A stretch of DNA of 61,276 bases from NCBI GenBank assembly GCA_021803575.1, contig JAJZLH010000019.1, positions 1-61,276 of the forward strand. Reading direction: 5' to 3'. Shown here one piece after another: positions 8,121-18,225 of this stretch (within the stretch, counting starts at the first letter, position 1; each line of letters starts with the position of its first letter). The position numbers were made by a program, and so were the translations under genes. The stretch is from Bacillota bacterium (GTDB lineage: Bacteria > Bacillota > Sulfobacillia > JAJZYS01 > JAJZLH01). Below the pieces are notes generated by a model that saw nothing but the letters and a program-made list of their open reading frames with translations, did no database searches and was not told the origin of the DNA.

Positions 8121-10061
8121 TCAGATCAAATAGGCGAGCCACCCTGCCCATGGCAGGCGCCCGCCCAAAAAGCGCCGGAGGTCCTGGCGGGCCGGGCCGA
8201 AGGCGGGGCGTGCCGTCCCCGCCGGGGCATACAGGGTCATCTCCACCCACTCGGCCAGGCGGGGGGCGCCCGCGCCCAGCCACTGCCGTGCGGTGTCCTC
8301 CCAGCGCCAGGGCTGGCGGGCCAGCCAGGCGACCGCCCGTAGCCGTCTGAGCCGCCCCGCCCCGATCCAGGCCAAGAGCACGGCCACCGCCAGCCCCATC
8401 GCCGTCTGGGCAATGGGGAGCGGGCGGCCACGGGCGGATGTGACAACGCCGCTCGCCGCGTTCAGGACGGGGTGGATCTCCACCACCTTGGTGGGCTTTG
8501 CGGCGGGGGTGAGGCCGGTCCCGGCGGCGGCGGCCGATGCCACAAAGGCGGGCACGGACTGGCCCGTCTCAGGCAGGCTGATGCCAAAGCCGGGGGTCGG
8601 ATCGAAGGGCAGCCAGCCGAAGTGCGGGATCTCGACCTCAACCCAGGTGTGGGCGTCGGTGCCGCGCACCACGTCCAGGTTGCCGGTCTCTTGCCCGGCG
8701 GTGAAGCCCACCACAAAGCGGCTCGGGATGCCGACTGCCCTGGCCATCACGGCCAGGGCCGAGGCGAAGGCGGTGCAGTCGCCCTGGTGAGAGACGAACA
8801 GGAAGTAGTAGACGAAGTCCTGGCCGCCATCGGAGGGATAGGTCAGACTGTAGCGCTCGTGCGCTTTCAGGTAGCTGGCGATGGCCAGCACGTCCTGGTA
8901 GGAGCCGCCGTGCACCTTGCCTACGATCTGGCGGGCGAGGCGGCTGACCTGGGCCGGCAGGGTGGACGGCAGCTGGAGGTACAGCGACGTCTTGGCCGAG
9001 CCGGAGGGGCTGGGACCGCCGTCGGCCAGGAGGGCGGCCGCCGACGTCTCCGGCACCTGGACGGTGACAGTGTAGGCGTTGCCAAGGCCGCCGGCGGCGT
9101 GCTGCTGCGGGTACCAGAACCAGTCCGGAGTGCCGGCCACATCGACCGGCTTGCCCTGCACCGGGGCGTAGGGCAAGGGCGCCAGGACGTGGACCGTCTC
9201 CTGGACGGTGAGATGCGGCTGGGAGATGCCGAGCAGCGCCTCGGCGTTCGGGTAGAAGGTCGCCGGCTGCTCCGGCGGCGGCGCCGGCGGGTAGGCGGCC
9301 GGCGGCGGCAGGTTGTTCGTCCAGCCCTGGCCCGTGTAGTAGGCGTCCGTGTAAAGCGACCAGTAGAGCGGCAGCGCGCCCTGGGCGGTGAAGAGGACGG
9401 CGTGGCTGAGCACGGGCTGCTCGGAGAGTCGGCGGACACGGAACTCTGTGGCGGCCGGTCCCCGGCCTCCGGCCAGGGCGCCCAGGGCCTGCGGCGACGG
9501 GGAGGCGAACAGGGTGACCAGGATCAGGGCCGTGACCGCCACCGCCGCCCAGGGCCAGTTCTGGCCGCCCCGGTGCGCCGTGAGGTCGGCGCGGCGAAGC
9601 GGCAGCCACAGCGCCAGGGTGACGAACAGGGCCCAGACCACGTGGCCGCCGATCTCTTTGGCCAGGGCCAGGGCAGCGACGTTGACCAGGAGTTCCAAGA
9701 GCCTGACGCCGAGCCCGGCGGGGGCTTCTTCCACCGCCACCAGCACGGTGGCGGCACCCTCGAACAGCACGGTGGCGGCACCCGGCGACAGCGCGCCCCA
9801 GCTGCCCCGCCCCAGGTGGCGGAAGAGGTCCGCCACGGCCGGTCCCAGGCTGTGCGGCGCCAGGCCGACCCCCAGCCCCAGGAACAGGGCAAGCCAGCCC
9901 AGCCGGGCCAGAAGCCGCCACCAGATGACCGGCAGCGCCGCCAGGGCCACAGCACCGGCGGCGAACACGACCAGGATCGGCCCGTTTACCGCACCTCCCG
10001 CCGAGAGCAGGGCGAGGAGCGCCGGCAGCGGCCACACGGCGCCCAGAAGCCGCCGGCTCAC
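8121..10061 (-). CDS. Membrane transglutaminase-like protein (TgpA type)
   Basis: N-terminal TM helices. Triad motifs GDCTAF, AHTWVEV and WLPFDPT. GTG start overlaps the DUF58 stop (GTGA). Confidence 0.9.
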   Translation of the reverse strand: MSRRLLGAVWPLPALLALLSAGGAVNGPILVVFAAGAVALAALPVIWWRLLARLGWLALFLGLGVGLAPHSLGPAVADLFRHLGRGSWGALSPGAATVLFEGAATVLVAVEEAPAGLGVRLLELLVNVAALALAKEIGGHVVWALFVTLALWLPLRRADLTAHRGGQNWPWAAVAVTALILVTLFASPSPQALGALAGGRGPAATEFRVRRLSEQPVLSHAVLFTAQGALPLYWSLYTDAYYTGQGWTNNLPPPAAYPPAPPPEQPATFYPNAEALLGISQPHLTVQETVHVLAPLPYAPVQGKPVDVAGTPDWFWYPQQHAAGGLGNAYTVTVQVPETSAAALLADGGPSPSGSAKTSLYLQLPSTLPAQVSRLARQIVGKVHGGSYQDVLAIASYLKAHERYSLTYPSDGGQDFVYYFLFVSHQGDCTAFASALAVMARAVGIPSRFVVGFTAGQETGNLDVVRGTDAHTWVEVEIPHFGWLPFDPTPGFGISLPETGQSVPAFVASAAAAGTGLTPAAKPTKVVEIHPVLNAASGVVTSARGRPLPIAQTAMGLAVAVLLAWIGAGRLRRLRAVAWLARQPWRWEDTARQWLGAGAPRLAEWVEMTLYAPAGTARPAFGPARQDLRRFLGGRLPWAGWLAYLI

Positions 10062-11104
10062 AGCGCCCACCGCTGGCGCTGGCTCTGGTCGATGAGGTCG
10101 GCCAGGCTCGCCACCTCGACGGCACCGGCCGGGCCCCCGGGCTCGGTGCACCACAGCCGGAAGCGGCTGGTGTGCTCCCCGATCCTGCTGCCGCTGATCA
10201 GTAGCGGCAGGCTGCCCCTCGCCACCTCCGGCAGCGGCTCGCCGCTCAGCTCCGGTCCCAGCCGGATGAACAGGTTCCACAGCGCCTGTTCCTGCAGCTC
10301 CTGCACCGGGACCTGGCGGCCGCCCACGAACAGGGAGAGCGCCAGGCGGCGGCGGACCATGGCGAAGGTGACCGAGGCGGCCAGCGACACCGCCAGCTCG
10401 AAGCCGTCGCTGGTGGCGTAGGAGGATCTGCGCGTGTCCAGGGCGACCAGGCAGGGCAGGCTGGTCCTGTGCCAGGACTCGCGCACCTGGACATCCCCCA
10501 GTCGAGCCGTCTGCGGCCAGTGGATGCGGGAGAGCCGATCACCAGGCCGCCACGGCCGCGCCCCCGCCGGGTCGTCGTCGGCGGCGCTGACGCTGGAGCC
10601 CAGCACAGCGAGCGGCCCGAACACCCTCAGCGGGTCGACGTCCACGGTGGCGGGCCGTACCCGCAGGGGCACCCGGCCATCCTTGGAAAGGTCGCGCTCG
10701 ACCAGACCGAAGGGGTCGCGGTAGCGCGCCCGAAGACGCAGGGTGTGCTCACCCCGCCTCAGGCTGGACAGCGGCAGCTCCAGGCTGGCCTGCCGGCTCC
10801 AGGCCCAGCCTGCCCCGGTCGCCGTCTGGTCGAAGGCTTGGACGGATACCTGGTAGTAGCCTGGCACTCTGGCCGGCACCTCGCCCTGCATCCGAAACGG
10901 CCGGCCGGCCGCCGGCAGGGCCGGCTCGACCTTGAGGCGGGGCGGCACGTGCGGCTGGAGCAGGTGGCACAGACCGGCCAGACCGACCGAGACCGCCACC
11001 ACCCGCAGGAGGTCGGTCCAGACGGTGCCCGGAAACACACGGCTCAACACCACGGCCAGCACCACGGCAGCGGCGGCGAGCCAGCCCTGGAGGCCGGCTT
11101 TCAT
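10058..11104 (-). CDS. DUF58 domain protein
   Basis: DPFGL and RPWRPGDRLSRIHWPQTAR motifs, FELAVSLAAS. Lies between moxR and the transglutaminase. Confidence 0.9.
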   Translation of the reverse strand: MKAGLQGWLAAAAVVLAVVLSRVFPGTVWTDLLRVVAVSVGLAGLCHLLQPHVPPRLKVEPALPAAGRPFRMQGEVPARVPGYYQVSVQAFDQTATGAGWAWSRQASLELPLSSLRRGEHTLRLRARYRDPFGLVERDLSKDGRVPLRVRPATVDVDPLRVFGPLAVLGSSVSAADDDPAGARPWRPGDRLSRIHWPQTARLGDVQVRESWHRTSLPCLVALDTRRSSYATSDGFELAVSLAASVTFAMVRRRLALSLFVGGRQVPVQELQEQALWNLFIRLGPELSGEPLPEVARGSLPLLISGSRIGEHTSRFRLWCTEPGGPAGAVEVASLADLIDQSQRQRWAL

Positions 11105-12060
11105 CCCAGGCGCCGTGCCGCTCCCGGAAGCGGCACCGCATTCACCACCTGTGCCACCACGTCGGCTGCGGTCAGGCCCTGCGCGATCGGCTCCGGCCTG
11201 AGCAGGAGGCGGTGAGCCAAGGCTTCCACCGCCAGGTCACGCAGATGGTCCGGGGTGACGAACGCCGCCTGGCGCAGATAGGCCAGGGCCCGGCTGGCCC
11301 GGATCCAGGCGATGGCGCCCCTGGGGCTCACGCCCAGGCGCAAGGACGGGTGCTGGCGGGTGGCGGCGACCACCGCCTGGGCGTAGCTCACCACCTGATC
11401 GGAAATCGGCACCTCGGCGCTCTCGGCGGCCGCTTCGGCCAGGGCGTCTGCGCCCATCACCGCCCCCAGACTGGGCGGACGCTGCAACTCACCGGGCGCC
11501 TGCATGGCGGCCCGTTCGTCCTCGACTGCCGGGTAGCCGACCCGGATGCGCAGCAAGAAGCGGTCGAGCTGGGCCTCAGGCAGGGCGAAGGTGCCCTCGT
11601 ACTCGATCGGGTTCTGGGTGGCCACCACCATGAAGGGGCGCGGCAAGGCATAGACCTGGCCGTCGACGGTGACCTGGCGCTCCTCCATCGCCTCCAGCAG
11701 GCTGGACTGGGTCTTGGGCGAGGTGCGGTTGATTTCGTCCGCCAACAGGAGGTTGCAGAAGACCGGGCCGGGCCGGAACTGGAAGCTCTGCAGCTTGGCG
11801 TCGTAGTAAGTGAAGCCGGTCACGTCCGAGGGCAGCACGTCCGGCGTGAACTGCAGGCGGCGATGGGTCAGATCCAGGCTCTGGGCCAGGCCCCGCACCA
11901 AGGTGGTCTTGCCGACCCCGGGCACGTCGTCGATCAGAAGGTGCCCTTCCGCCAATAGCACCACCAGGAGCCGCTCGACCACAGCCTGGCGTCCCCAGGC
12001 CACCTTGGACAGGGCTTGGGACAGATCGCTCAGCGCCACGCGACGGCCCCCTTGCGCCAC
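11101..12060 (-). CDS. moxR: MoxR family AAA+ ATPase
   Basis: DVPGVGKT, QFTPD, LADEINR and ATQNPIEYEGTFALPEAQLDRF motifs. Confidence 0.95.
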   Translation of the reverse strand: MAQGGRRVALSDLSQALSKVAWGRQAVVERLLVVLLAEGHLLIDDVPGVGKTTLVRGLAQSLDLTHRRLQFTPDVLPSDVTGFTYYDAKLQSFQFRPGPVFCNLLLADEINRTSPKTQSSLLEAMEERQVTVDGQVYALPRPFMVVATQNPIEYEGTFALPEAQLDRFLLRIRVGYPAVEDERAAMQAPGELQRPPSLGAVMGADALAEAAAESAEVPISDQVVSYAQAVVAATRQHPSLRLGVSPRGAIAWIRASRALAYLRQAAFVTPDHLRDLAVEALAHRLLLRPEPIAQGLTAADVVAQVVNAVPLPGAARRLG

Positions 12061-12111
12061 TGCTCAAATCTCACACCGTGAGATCGAGCTGGATAGGGTG
12101 AAGGTTCCACC

Positions 12112-13326
12112 TCAAGGACCAGATGCCTCCGCCAGCGCTTCCGGCTGGCTGCGGGTGGAACGGGCCAGGTAGCCGGCCAGGCCCACCGCCGCGAACAGGG
12201 CACCAGACAGCACCACCGCCGGGGCCACGCCGATGGCCAGCGCCAGCGGCCCGGCCAGCAGGGTGGACACCAAGAGGGAGAGGCTGGTCAGGGCGGCATA
12301 GATGGCCATGGCCCGACCGCGCACCGCACCGTCCACGCTCTGCTGATACCAGGTCAGGAGCGGCACCAAAAAGGCGATGTTGCAGAAGCCGAGCATGAAG
12401 TACAGCCCGAGTGCTGCCCCGAAGGACGGCACCACGCCGAGCAGCCCGGTCATCAGGCCACTGCCGGCCAGGCCGATGTTGATCAGGTGGCGGCGCCCCA
12501 CCCGGTTGGGGTAGCGGGTCATCAGCATGCCGCCCAGCACCATCGACACGCCCTGCACGGCGGGCAGGTAGGGGTAGAGCGTGGCGGAGACGTGAAACAC
12601 ATCGGGCAGGAGCAGGATGAGGAGGGCGTTGAAGGCGCCGATCGGCAGGCAGGCCGTGGCGATCTGCACGAGCAGGGTACGGCTCACCGGCTGGCCGATG
12701 GCGGCGCGCATGCCCTCTTTCAGTTCGGTCAGGTAGCCCGGTCCCGGGGCCTGGCCCGGCGCCTTCACCCGCACCGGGAAGACGGAGATGAGCAGGGCCG
12801 AGGCGAGGAAGGTGGCGGCGTCGATCAGGAAGGCCGGCCGCACGCCGGCCACCAGGATGAAGAGGCCGACCAGCAGGTACCCCACCACGTCGATGCCGTT
12901 GGCCAGGCTCTGGTCCAGGCCGTTGGCCCGGGTCAGTTCCTGGCCGGTGCCCACCACCACTGGCACCACGGCCTGGTAGGCCGCCCGGTAGAACTCCCAG
13001 ACGGCGTTGGTCAAAAAGGCCAGCACGATCAGGGTGAGCAGATTCGGCGCCCAGAACATGAGGCCCACGGTCAAAAAGCGCGCCCAGTCGGCGAACAGCA
13101 TCGAGGTCCGCCGCTCCAGGCGGTCGACCAGGGGACCGATGAACCAGCCGAGCAGGGCGGAGGGCGCCAGCGAAGCTGCGGAGATCAGGGCGACGTCGAC
13201 CGGTGAGCCGTGGCTCATCTCCACCACCAGGATGAGGAGGGCGGCCAGGGTGAACCGGTCGCCGAAACGGGAGATGTTGCGCGAGAGGGTGAGCAGGAGG
13301 AAGTTGCGGTTACGGAAGAGGTCCAC
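12112..13326 (-). CDS. MFS transporter (DHA3/macrolide-efflux-like)
   Basis: About 12 hydrophobic segments. GPLVDRLERR motif A, AFLIDAATF and VRGRAMA motifs. Confidence 0.9.
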   Translation of the reverse strand: MDLFRNRNFLLLTLSRNISRFGDRFTLAALLILVVEMSHGSPVDVALISAASLAPSALLGWFIGPLVDRLERRTSMLFADWARFLTVGLMFWAPNLLTLIVLAFLTNAVWEFYRAAYQAVVPVVVGTGQELTRANGLDQSLANGIDVVGYLLVGLFILVAGVRPAFLIDAATFLASALLISVFPVRVKAPGQAPGPGYLTELKEGMRAAIGQPVSRTLLVQIATACLPIGAFNALLILLLPDVFHVSATLYPYLPAVQGVSMVLGGMLMTRYPNRVGRRHLINIGLAGSGLMTGLLGVVPSFGAALGLYFMLGFCNIAFLVPLLTWYQQSVDGAVRGRAMAIYAALTSLSLLVSTLLAGPLALAIGVAPAVVLSGALFAAVGLAGYLARSTRSQPEALAEASGP

Positions 13327-13411
13327 CTAGCTCGCTCCTTACCGGATCGACCCGTCTTGGCTGGGGTGAAGTGGGGACGATTTCCAGATGGCGGCCCGTT
13401 TCCCTCCCGCC

Positions 13412-14227
13412 CTAGGCCGGGCGGAGGCTCTGGGACAGCCTCATGCCGAGACTGTCCAGCGCCTGGCGATAGGCCACGCCCGGCGGGTGGCCCATCGCCA
13501 GCTGTCCATCGAGCGGCAGATCGACGCCGAGCCTGAGCACGACCTGGCCCCGCTCCGCTGCTCCTGCCCCGGCCACCTCCACCGGGCCCAGCAGCCGCAC
13601 TGTCTGTGCCACGGAAAAGAGAGCGGACTGCATGGCTGCCACCTCCGGCAGGTCCGGCAGGTCGACCAAAAGCACGTCGAGGCCGGCCCACAGGGCGTCG
13701 TCGCGGAAGGTCGTGCACATCCGCTCCAGGTCCGGTCCCCGCGCCACCAGCGGCCGCTCGCCCGGCAAAAAGGCGGCGAGTGACAGGAGGCGGACGCCGT
13801 CCTTGGCTCTCGGCACGATGGCCCGGCCCAGCGTTGCCGGCCTGCCGGACAGGCCGGCCACCTGAAACAGGCCCGGACAGCGCACGTTCAGGTCCAGCAC
13901 GCCGGCCCGCCGGCCCGCCTCCTGCCAGTGCCTGGCCAGCTGCCAGGCCAGGGTGGTGGCGCCGGTGCCTCGGCCCCAGATCCCGATCACGGGGCAGCGC
14001 ACGCCACCCCGGAGCTCCCTCAGCCGCTCGCCCAGGGCGGCTGGGGCCGGCGGGGGCTCGATCCGGCAGTCGATGCCTCGAGCGGCCAGGGCGGCCATGT
14101 AATCACGGGTCTCAGGCAACTCCGTCTCGGGCCAGGCGAAGACCAGGGGCAGCCGGTCAGGGACGATCAGGCCCAGCGTCGCCGGCGAGCAGCCCAGGCC
14201 GGCGTGTTCAACCTCTTGCCAATTCAG
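13412..14227 (-). CDS. Degenerate Mrp/NBP35 (ApbC)-like protein
   Basis: Mrp-like segments AGVLDLNVRCPGL, GVRLLSL, PLVARGP and WAGLDVLLVDLP. P-loop degenerate. First canonical start is TTG 14119, but the frame is open to CTG 14227 behind a G-rich SD. Confidence 0.65.
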   Translation of the reverse strand: MNWQEVEHAGLGCSPATLGLIVPDRLPLVFAWPETELPETRDYMAALAARGIDCRIEPPPAPAALGERLRELRGGVRCPVIGIWGRGTGATTLAWQLARHWQEAGRRAGVLDLNVRCPGLFQVAGLSGRPATLGRAIVPRAKDGVRLLSLAAFLPGERPLVARGPDLERMCTTFRDDALWAGLDVLLVDLPDLPEVAAMQSALFSVAQTVRLLGPVEVAGAGAAERGQVVLRLGVDLPLDGQLAMGHPPGVAYRQALDSLGMRLSQSLRPA

Positions 14228-14333
14228 CGCCGAACCCCCCCTCCGCCTCCACCCCAGGCCCCAGATCCGGTATACTATCGAACGCTGACGAGGTTTGGTT
14301 TCCCACCTTTGGTCACTGGAGAGGAAGGCCGTT

Positions 14334-16103
14334 TTGCGTCATTTTCGAGCCCTGATCCCGTACTTTCGCCGCCATCGCTGGTTTTACGTATTCGGGGTAG
14401 GAGCCCTGCTGGGCGCCGACATCGCCCAGTTGATCCTGCCCCAGGTGCTCGAGCGCTTCGTCAACACCGTGCAGCGCGCTGGCGCCGTCCAGAGCGACCT
14501 TCTGCCCTATGCGCTCGCCCTCCTGGCGCTCGGCATCATCATCTTCGCCACCCGCTTCCTCTGGCGCAACTTCGTGCAAGGCGCCGCCCGCCTCATCGAC
14601 TACGAACTGAGGCGCGACCTGTTCCACCAGTTCACGCTGCTCTCTCCGAACTACTTCAACCACCACAAGACGGGCGACCTGATGGCGCACGCCACCAACG
14701 ACCTGCAGGCCGTGCGCATGGCGCTCAGCATGGGCGTCGTGATGATCGCCGACACCGCCTTCCTGATCACCTCCACCCTGATCATCATGTTCTCCACCAT
14801 CTCCCCGTCCCTGGCCACCTTCGCCCTGTTGCCGCTGCCCCTGGCTGCAGTCGTGACCGGCCTCTTGGGCCGCCAGATCCACCTGCGCTTTCGCGCTGTG
14901 CAGGACCAGTTCTCCACCCTCTCCGAGCATGTCCAGGAGAACTTCTCCGGCATCCGGGTGGTGAAGAGCTTCGTCCAGGAGCAGCCTGAGCTGGAGCGCC
15001 TGATGGGGCACAGCCGCGAGTACTTCGACCGCAACATGCGCCTGGTCCGCATCTGGGCCCTGATCCAGCCCCTGGTCCAGTTCATCCAGGGCCTCGCCTT
15101 CGTGGTCGCCCTGGTCTACGGCGGCATCCTGGTGGTGCGAGGCACCATCACGCTGGGCGCCTTCGTCGCCTTCACCAGCTACCTGGGGCTCCTGAACTGG
15201 CCGATGCAGTCGATCGGCCAGCTGGTCAACCTGATCCAGCGCTCGGGCGCCTCTCTGCAGAGGCTGGATGCCATCTTCTCCGAGCGCCCCGAGATCACCG
15301 ACCGGCCAGGCGCCGTCGCCCCTGCCAAACCGCTGGAGGGGGCGCTTCAGGTCCGCCATCTCACCTTCACCTATCCGGACAGCACCCGCCCCGCCACCTC
15401 CGACGTCTCCATCGACCTGCCGGCCGGGCGCACCCTGGCCCTGATCGGCCGCACCGGCGCCGGCAAGTCGACCATCATCAGCCTCCTGCTGCGCGTCTTC
15501 GATCCCCCGCCCGGAACTATCTTCCTGGACGGCATCGACATCCTGGACCTGCCCCTGGCCACGCTGCGGGAGACGGTCGCCTACGTGCCGCCAGACAACT
15601 TCCTGTTCTCCGAAACGATCGCCCAGAACATCGCCTTCGCCGACTCCGAACTGGGCCGGGACGTGATCGAGGAGGCGGCGGCCAGAGCGGCCGTGAAGGG
15701 CGAGATCCTGCAGTTTCCAGACGGTTTCGAGACCCTGCTCGGCGAGCGCGGGGTCACCCTGTCCGGCGGCCAGAAGCAGCGCGTCTCCCTGGCCCGGGCG
15801 CTGGCCAAGACCGCGCCGATCCTGATCCTGGACGACAGCTTCTCGGCGGTCGACACCTACACCGAGGAGCTGATCCTGGGCGGCCTGCTTGACCTCCGGC
15901 AGAACCGCACCACCATCCTGGTGGCGCACCGCGTCTCGACCATCAAGCACGCCGACCTGATCCTGGTGCTGGAGGACGGCCGGGTGATCGAGAGCGGCAA
16001 CCACCAGAGCCTGCTGGCCGAGCGCGGCTTCTACTCCCGCCTCCACCAGCGTCAGCTACTCGAGGACCGCCTGGGCGGCTCGCCAGAGGGGCGGGGCGCA
16101 TGA
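14334..16103 (+). CDS. ABC exporter subunit A (TMD+NBD), heterodimeric multidrug type
   Basis: GRTGAGKS, LSGGQ, ILILDD (degenerate Walker B) and AHR motifs. TTG start after GAGGAAGG. Confidence 0.95.
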   Translation: MRHFRALIPYFRRHRWFYVFGVGALLGADIAQLILPQVLERFVNTVQRAGAVQSDLLPYALALLALGIIIFATRFLWRNFVQGAARLIDYELRRDLFHQFTLLSPNYFNHHKTGDLMAHATNDLQAVRMALSMGVVMIADTAFLITSTLIIMFSTISPSLATFALLPLPLAAVVTGLLGRQIHLRFRAVQDQFSTLSEHVQENFSGIRVVKSFVQEQPELERLMGHSREYFDRNMRLVRIWALIQPLVQFIQGLAFVVALVYGGILVVRGTITLGAFVAFTSYLGLLNWPMQSIGQLVNLIQRSGASLQRLDAIFSERPEITDRPGAVAPAKPLEGALQVRHLTFTYPDSTRPATSDVSIDLPAGRTLALIGRTGAGKSTIISLLLRVFDPPPGTIFLDGIDILDLPLATLRETVAYVPPDNFLFSETIAQNIAFADSELGRDVIEEAAARAAVKGEILQFPDGFETLLGERGVTLSGGQKQRVSLARALAKTAPILILDDSFSAVDTYTEELILGGLLDLRQNRTTILVAHRVSTIKHADLILVLEDGRVIESGNHQSLLAERGFYSRLHQRQLLEDRLGGSPEGRGA

Positions 16104-18160
16104 TCCGCGAGGAGGAGGCGCTCGGCAAAGCCTACGACGCCCGCCTGATGCGCCGCCTGCTCGGTTATGCCCGCCCCCAGTTCTGGTGGATCCTCCTGGC
16201 CCTGGGGCTGACCGTGATCGTCACGGCCTCCACCATCGCCCAGCCCTACCTGGTCAAGATCGCCATCGACAACGACATCAACACGGTGTCCTTGCCGATG
16301 GTCACCTACCCGATCGGCCAGGCGCCGGCCGGGGTGCCGGCCGTGCCCTTCGACGGCCGCCTGTTCGTGCGGGTGAAGGCGCTGCCGACGCCGCCGGCCT
16401 CCACGACACCGGTCTACACCATCCTGGCCCAGGGCGGCCAGACCGCCATGATCCAAGGACCGATGCCACACCAGGCATTCACGATCAAGAACGGCGGCCA
16501 CGCCGTCCAGATCGGCACCAGGTTGCTGCCGGCCGTTCCGGTCCCGGTTGCGGTCATGTCCCGCTTCCGCCAGCAGGACGTCAGGGGCCTGGAGCTGATC
16601 GGCATCCTGTTCCTGGGCGCGCTGCTGCTGGCCTTTCTGGCCAACTACCTGCAGGCCTACATTCTGCAGTGGGTGGCGCAGAGCGCCATCTTCTCCATCC
16701 GCAAGGACGTGATCACCAAGATCGAGGGCATGCCCGCCGCCTTCTTCGACAAGAATCCGACCGGCCGTCTGGTCACCCGCGCCACCAACGACGTGGAGGC
16801 CCTGGAGGAGATGTACTCCAGCGTGATGGTGAACATGATCCGGGACGGCCTGCTCCTGGTCGGGGTGGTGGTGATCATGTTCCAGATGAACACCTATCTG
16901 GCGTTCGTCTCGATCGCCGTCCTACCGGTCGTGTTCATCGCCGCCAACATCTACCGCAACAAGGCCCGCATGGCCTACCGCAATGTGCGCCTGGCGCTGG
17001 CCCGCATCAACGCCTTTTTGGCCGAGAACATCTCAGGCATGCGCGTGGTGCAGACCTTCCAGCGCCAGAGCGCCCAGGAGGAGAAGTTCCGCTCCGCCAA
17101 CGGCGCCTACCGGGATGCCGGCATCCGAGAGATCCGGCTGTTCGCCATCTTCCGCCCCTTCATGGACTTCCTCTACACCGGCATGGTGGCGGTTCTGGTC
17201 TGGTTCGGCGGCGGCTCGATCCTGGACAGCGCCCTCACCTTCGGCGTGGTCTACGCCTTCATCCAGTACATCCAGCTCCTCTTCCAGCCGATCAACGACG
17301 TCACCCAGAACTACTCCATCCTGCAGTCGGCGATGGCGGCGTCGGAGCGGCTGTTCGTGCTGTTGGACCACCCTGCGGAGCTAACCGACCCGCCGGCTCC
17401 CAGGGCGCTGCCAGCGGCGGAGGGCCGGGTGGCCTTCGACCACGTCTCCTTCGCCTACACCGCCGACAACTGGGTGCTGCGTGACGTGTCGTTTGAGATC
17501 GAGCCAGGCCAGACCGTGGCCTTCGTCGGCGCCACCGGCGCCGGCAAGACCTCGATCATGAGCCTGCTTGCCCGGTTCTACGATGCCCAGCAGGGGCGCA
17601 TCCTGGTCGACGGGGTGGACATCCGCGATGTGAAGCAGGCGGAGCTGCGCCGGCGCATCGCCGTGGTGCACCAGGAGGTTTTCATCTTCGCCGGCACCAT
17701 TCGTCAGAACATCGCCCTCAACCAGCCCCTGTCCGACCAGGAGATCGTCCGGGCGGCTCAGCTGGTCGGCGCCGACCGCTTCATCACCCGCCTGCCGCAC
17801 GGCTACGACGAGCCGGTGCAGGAGCGGGGATCCACCTTCTCCACCGGCCAGCGCCAGCTTCTGTCGCTGGCTCGGGCCGTGGCGGCCGATCCGGCCATCC
17901 TGGTCCTGGACGAGGCCACCTCCAACATCGACACCGAGAGCGAGCAGCAGATCCAGATGGCCCTGGAGAATCTGGCCGGCACCCGCACCATGATCGTGGT
18001 CGCCCACCGCCTGTCCACCATCCAGGGCGCCGACCGCATCTTCGTGATGGCCCAGGGCCAGATCCGGGAGTCTGGATCCCACCAGGAGCTCCTGGCCCAG
18101 GGCGGTCTCTACTACGACCTCTACCGCCTGCAGTACAAGGAGGACTTCAAGCTGACCTGA
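16100..18160 (+). CDS. ABC exporter subunit B (TMD+NBD)
   Basis: EEEALGKAYD N-terminus, GATGAGKT, FSTGQ signature, ILVLDEATS and AHRLSTI. ATGA overlap with subunit A. Confidence 0.95.
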   Translation: MIREEEALGKAYDARLMRRLLGYARPQFWWILLALGLTVIVTASTIAQPYLVKIAIDNDINTVSLPMVTYPIGQAPAGVPAVPFDGRLFVRVKALPTPPASTTPVYTILAQGGQTAMIQGPMPHQAFTIKNGGHAVQIGTRLLPAVPVPVAVMSRFRQQDVRGLELIGILFLGALLLAFLANYLQAYILQWVAQSAIFSIRKDVITKIEGMPAAFFDKNPTGRLVTRATNDVEALEEMYSSVMVNMIRDGLLLVGVVVIMFQMNTYLAFVSIAVLPVVFIAANIYRNKARMAYRNVRLALARINAFLAENISGMRVVQTFQRQSAQEEKFRSANGAYRDAGIREIRLFAIFRPFMDFLYTGMVAVLVWFGGGSILDSALTFGVVYAFIQYIQLLFQPINDVTQNYSILQSAMAASERLFVLLDHPAELTDPPAPRALPAAEGRVAFDHVSFAYTADNWVLRDVSFEIEPGQTVAFVGATGAGKTSIMSLLARFYDAQQGRILVDGVDIRDVKQAELRRRIAVVHQEVFIFAGTIRQNIALNQPLSDQEIVRAAQLVGADRFITRLPHGYDEPVQERGSTFSTGQRQLLSLARAVAADPAILVLDEATSNIDTESEQQIQMALENLAGTRTMIVVAHRLSTIQGADRIFVMAQGQIRESGSHQELLAQGGLYYDLYRLQYKEDFKLT

Positions 18161-18225
18161 CCCGGGGCACCCAACAGCGGGTGCACCTGCCCCCGGGGAC
18201 CCGGTCCGACCAGGAGGTGACAGCA

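Noticed and set aside
18161-18198. Hairpin between the ABC exporter and nth
   Set aside because: Imperfect and lacks a U-tract; cannot be called a terminator with confidence.
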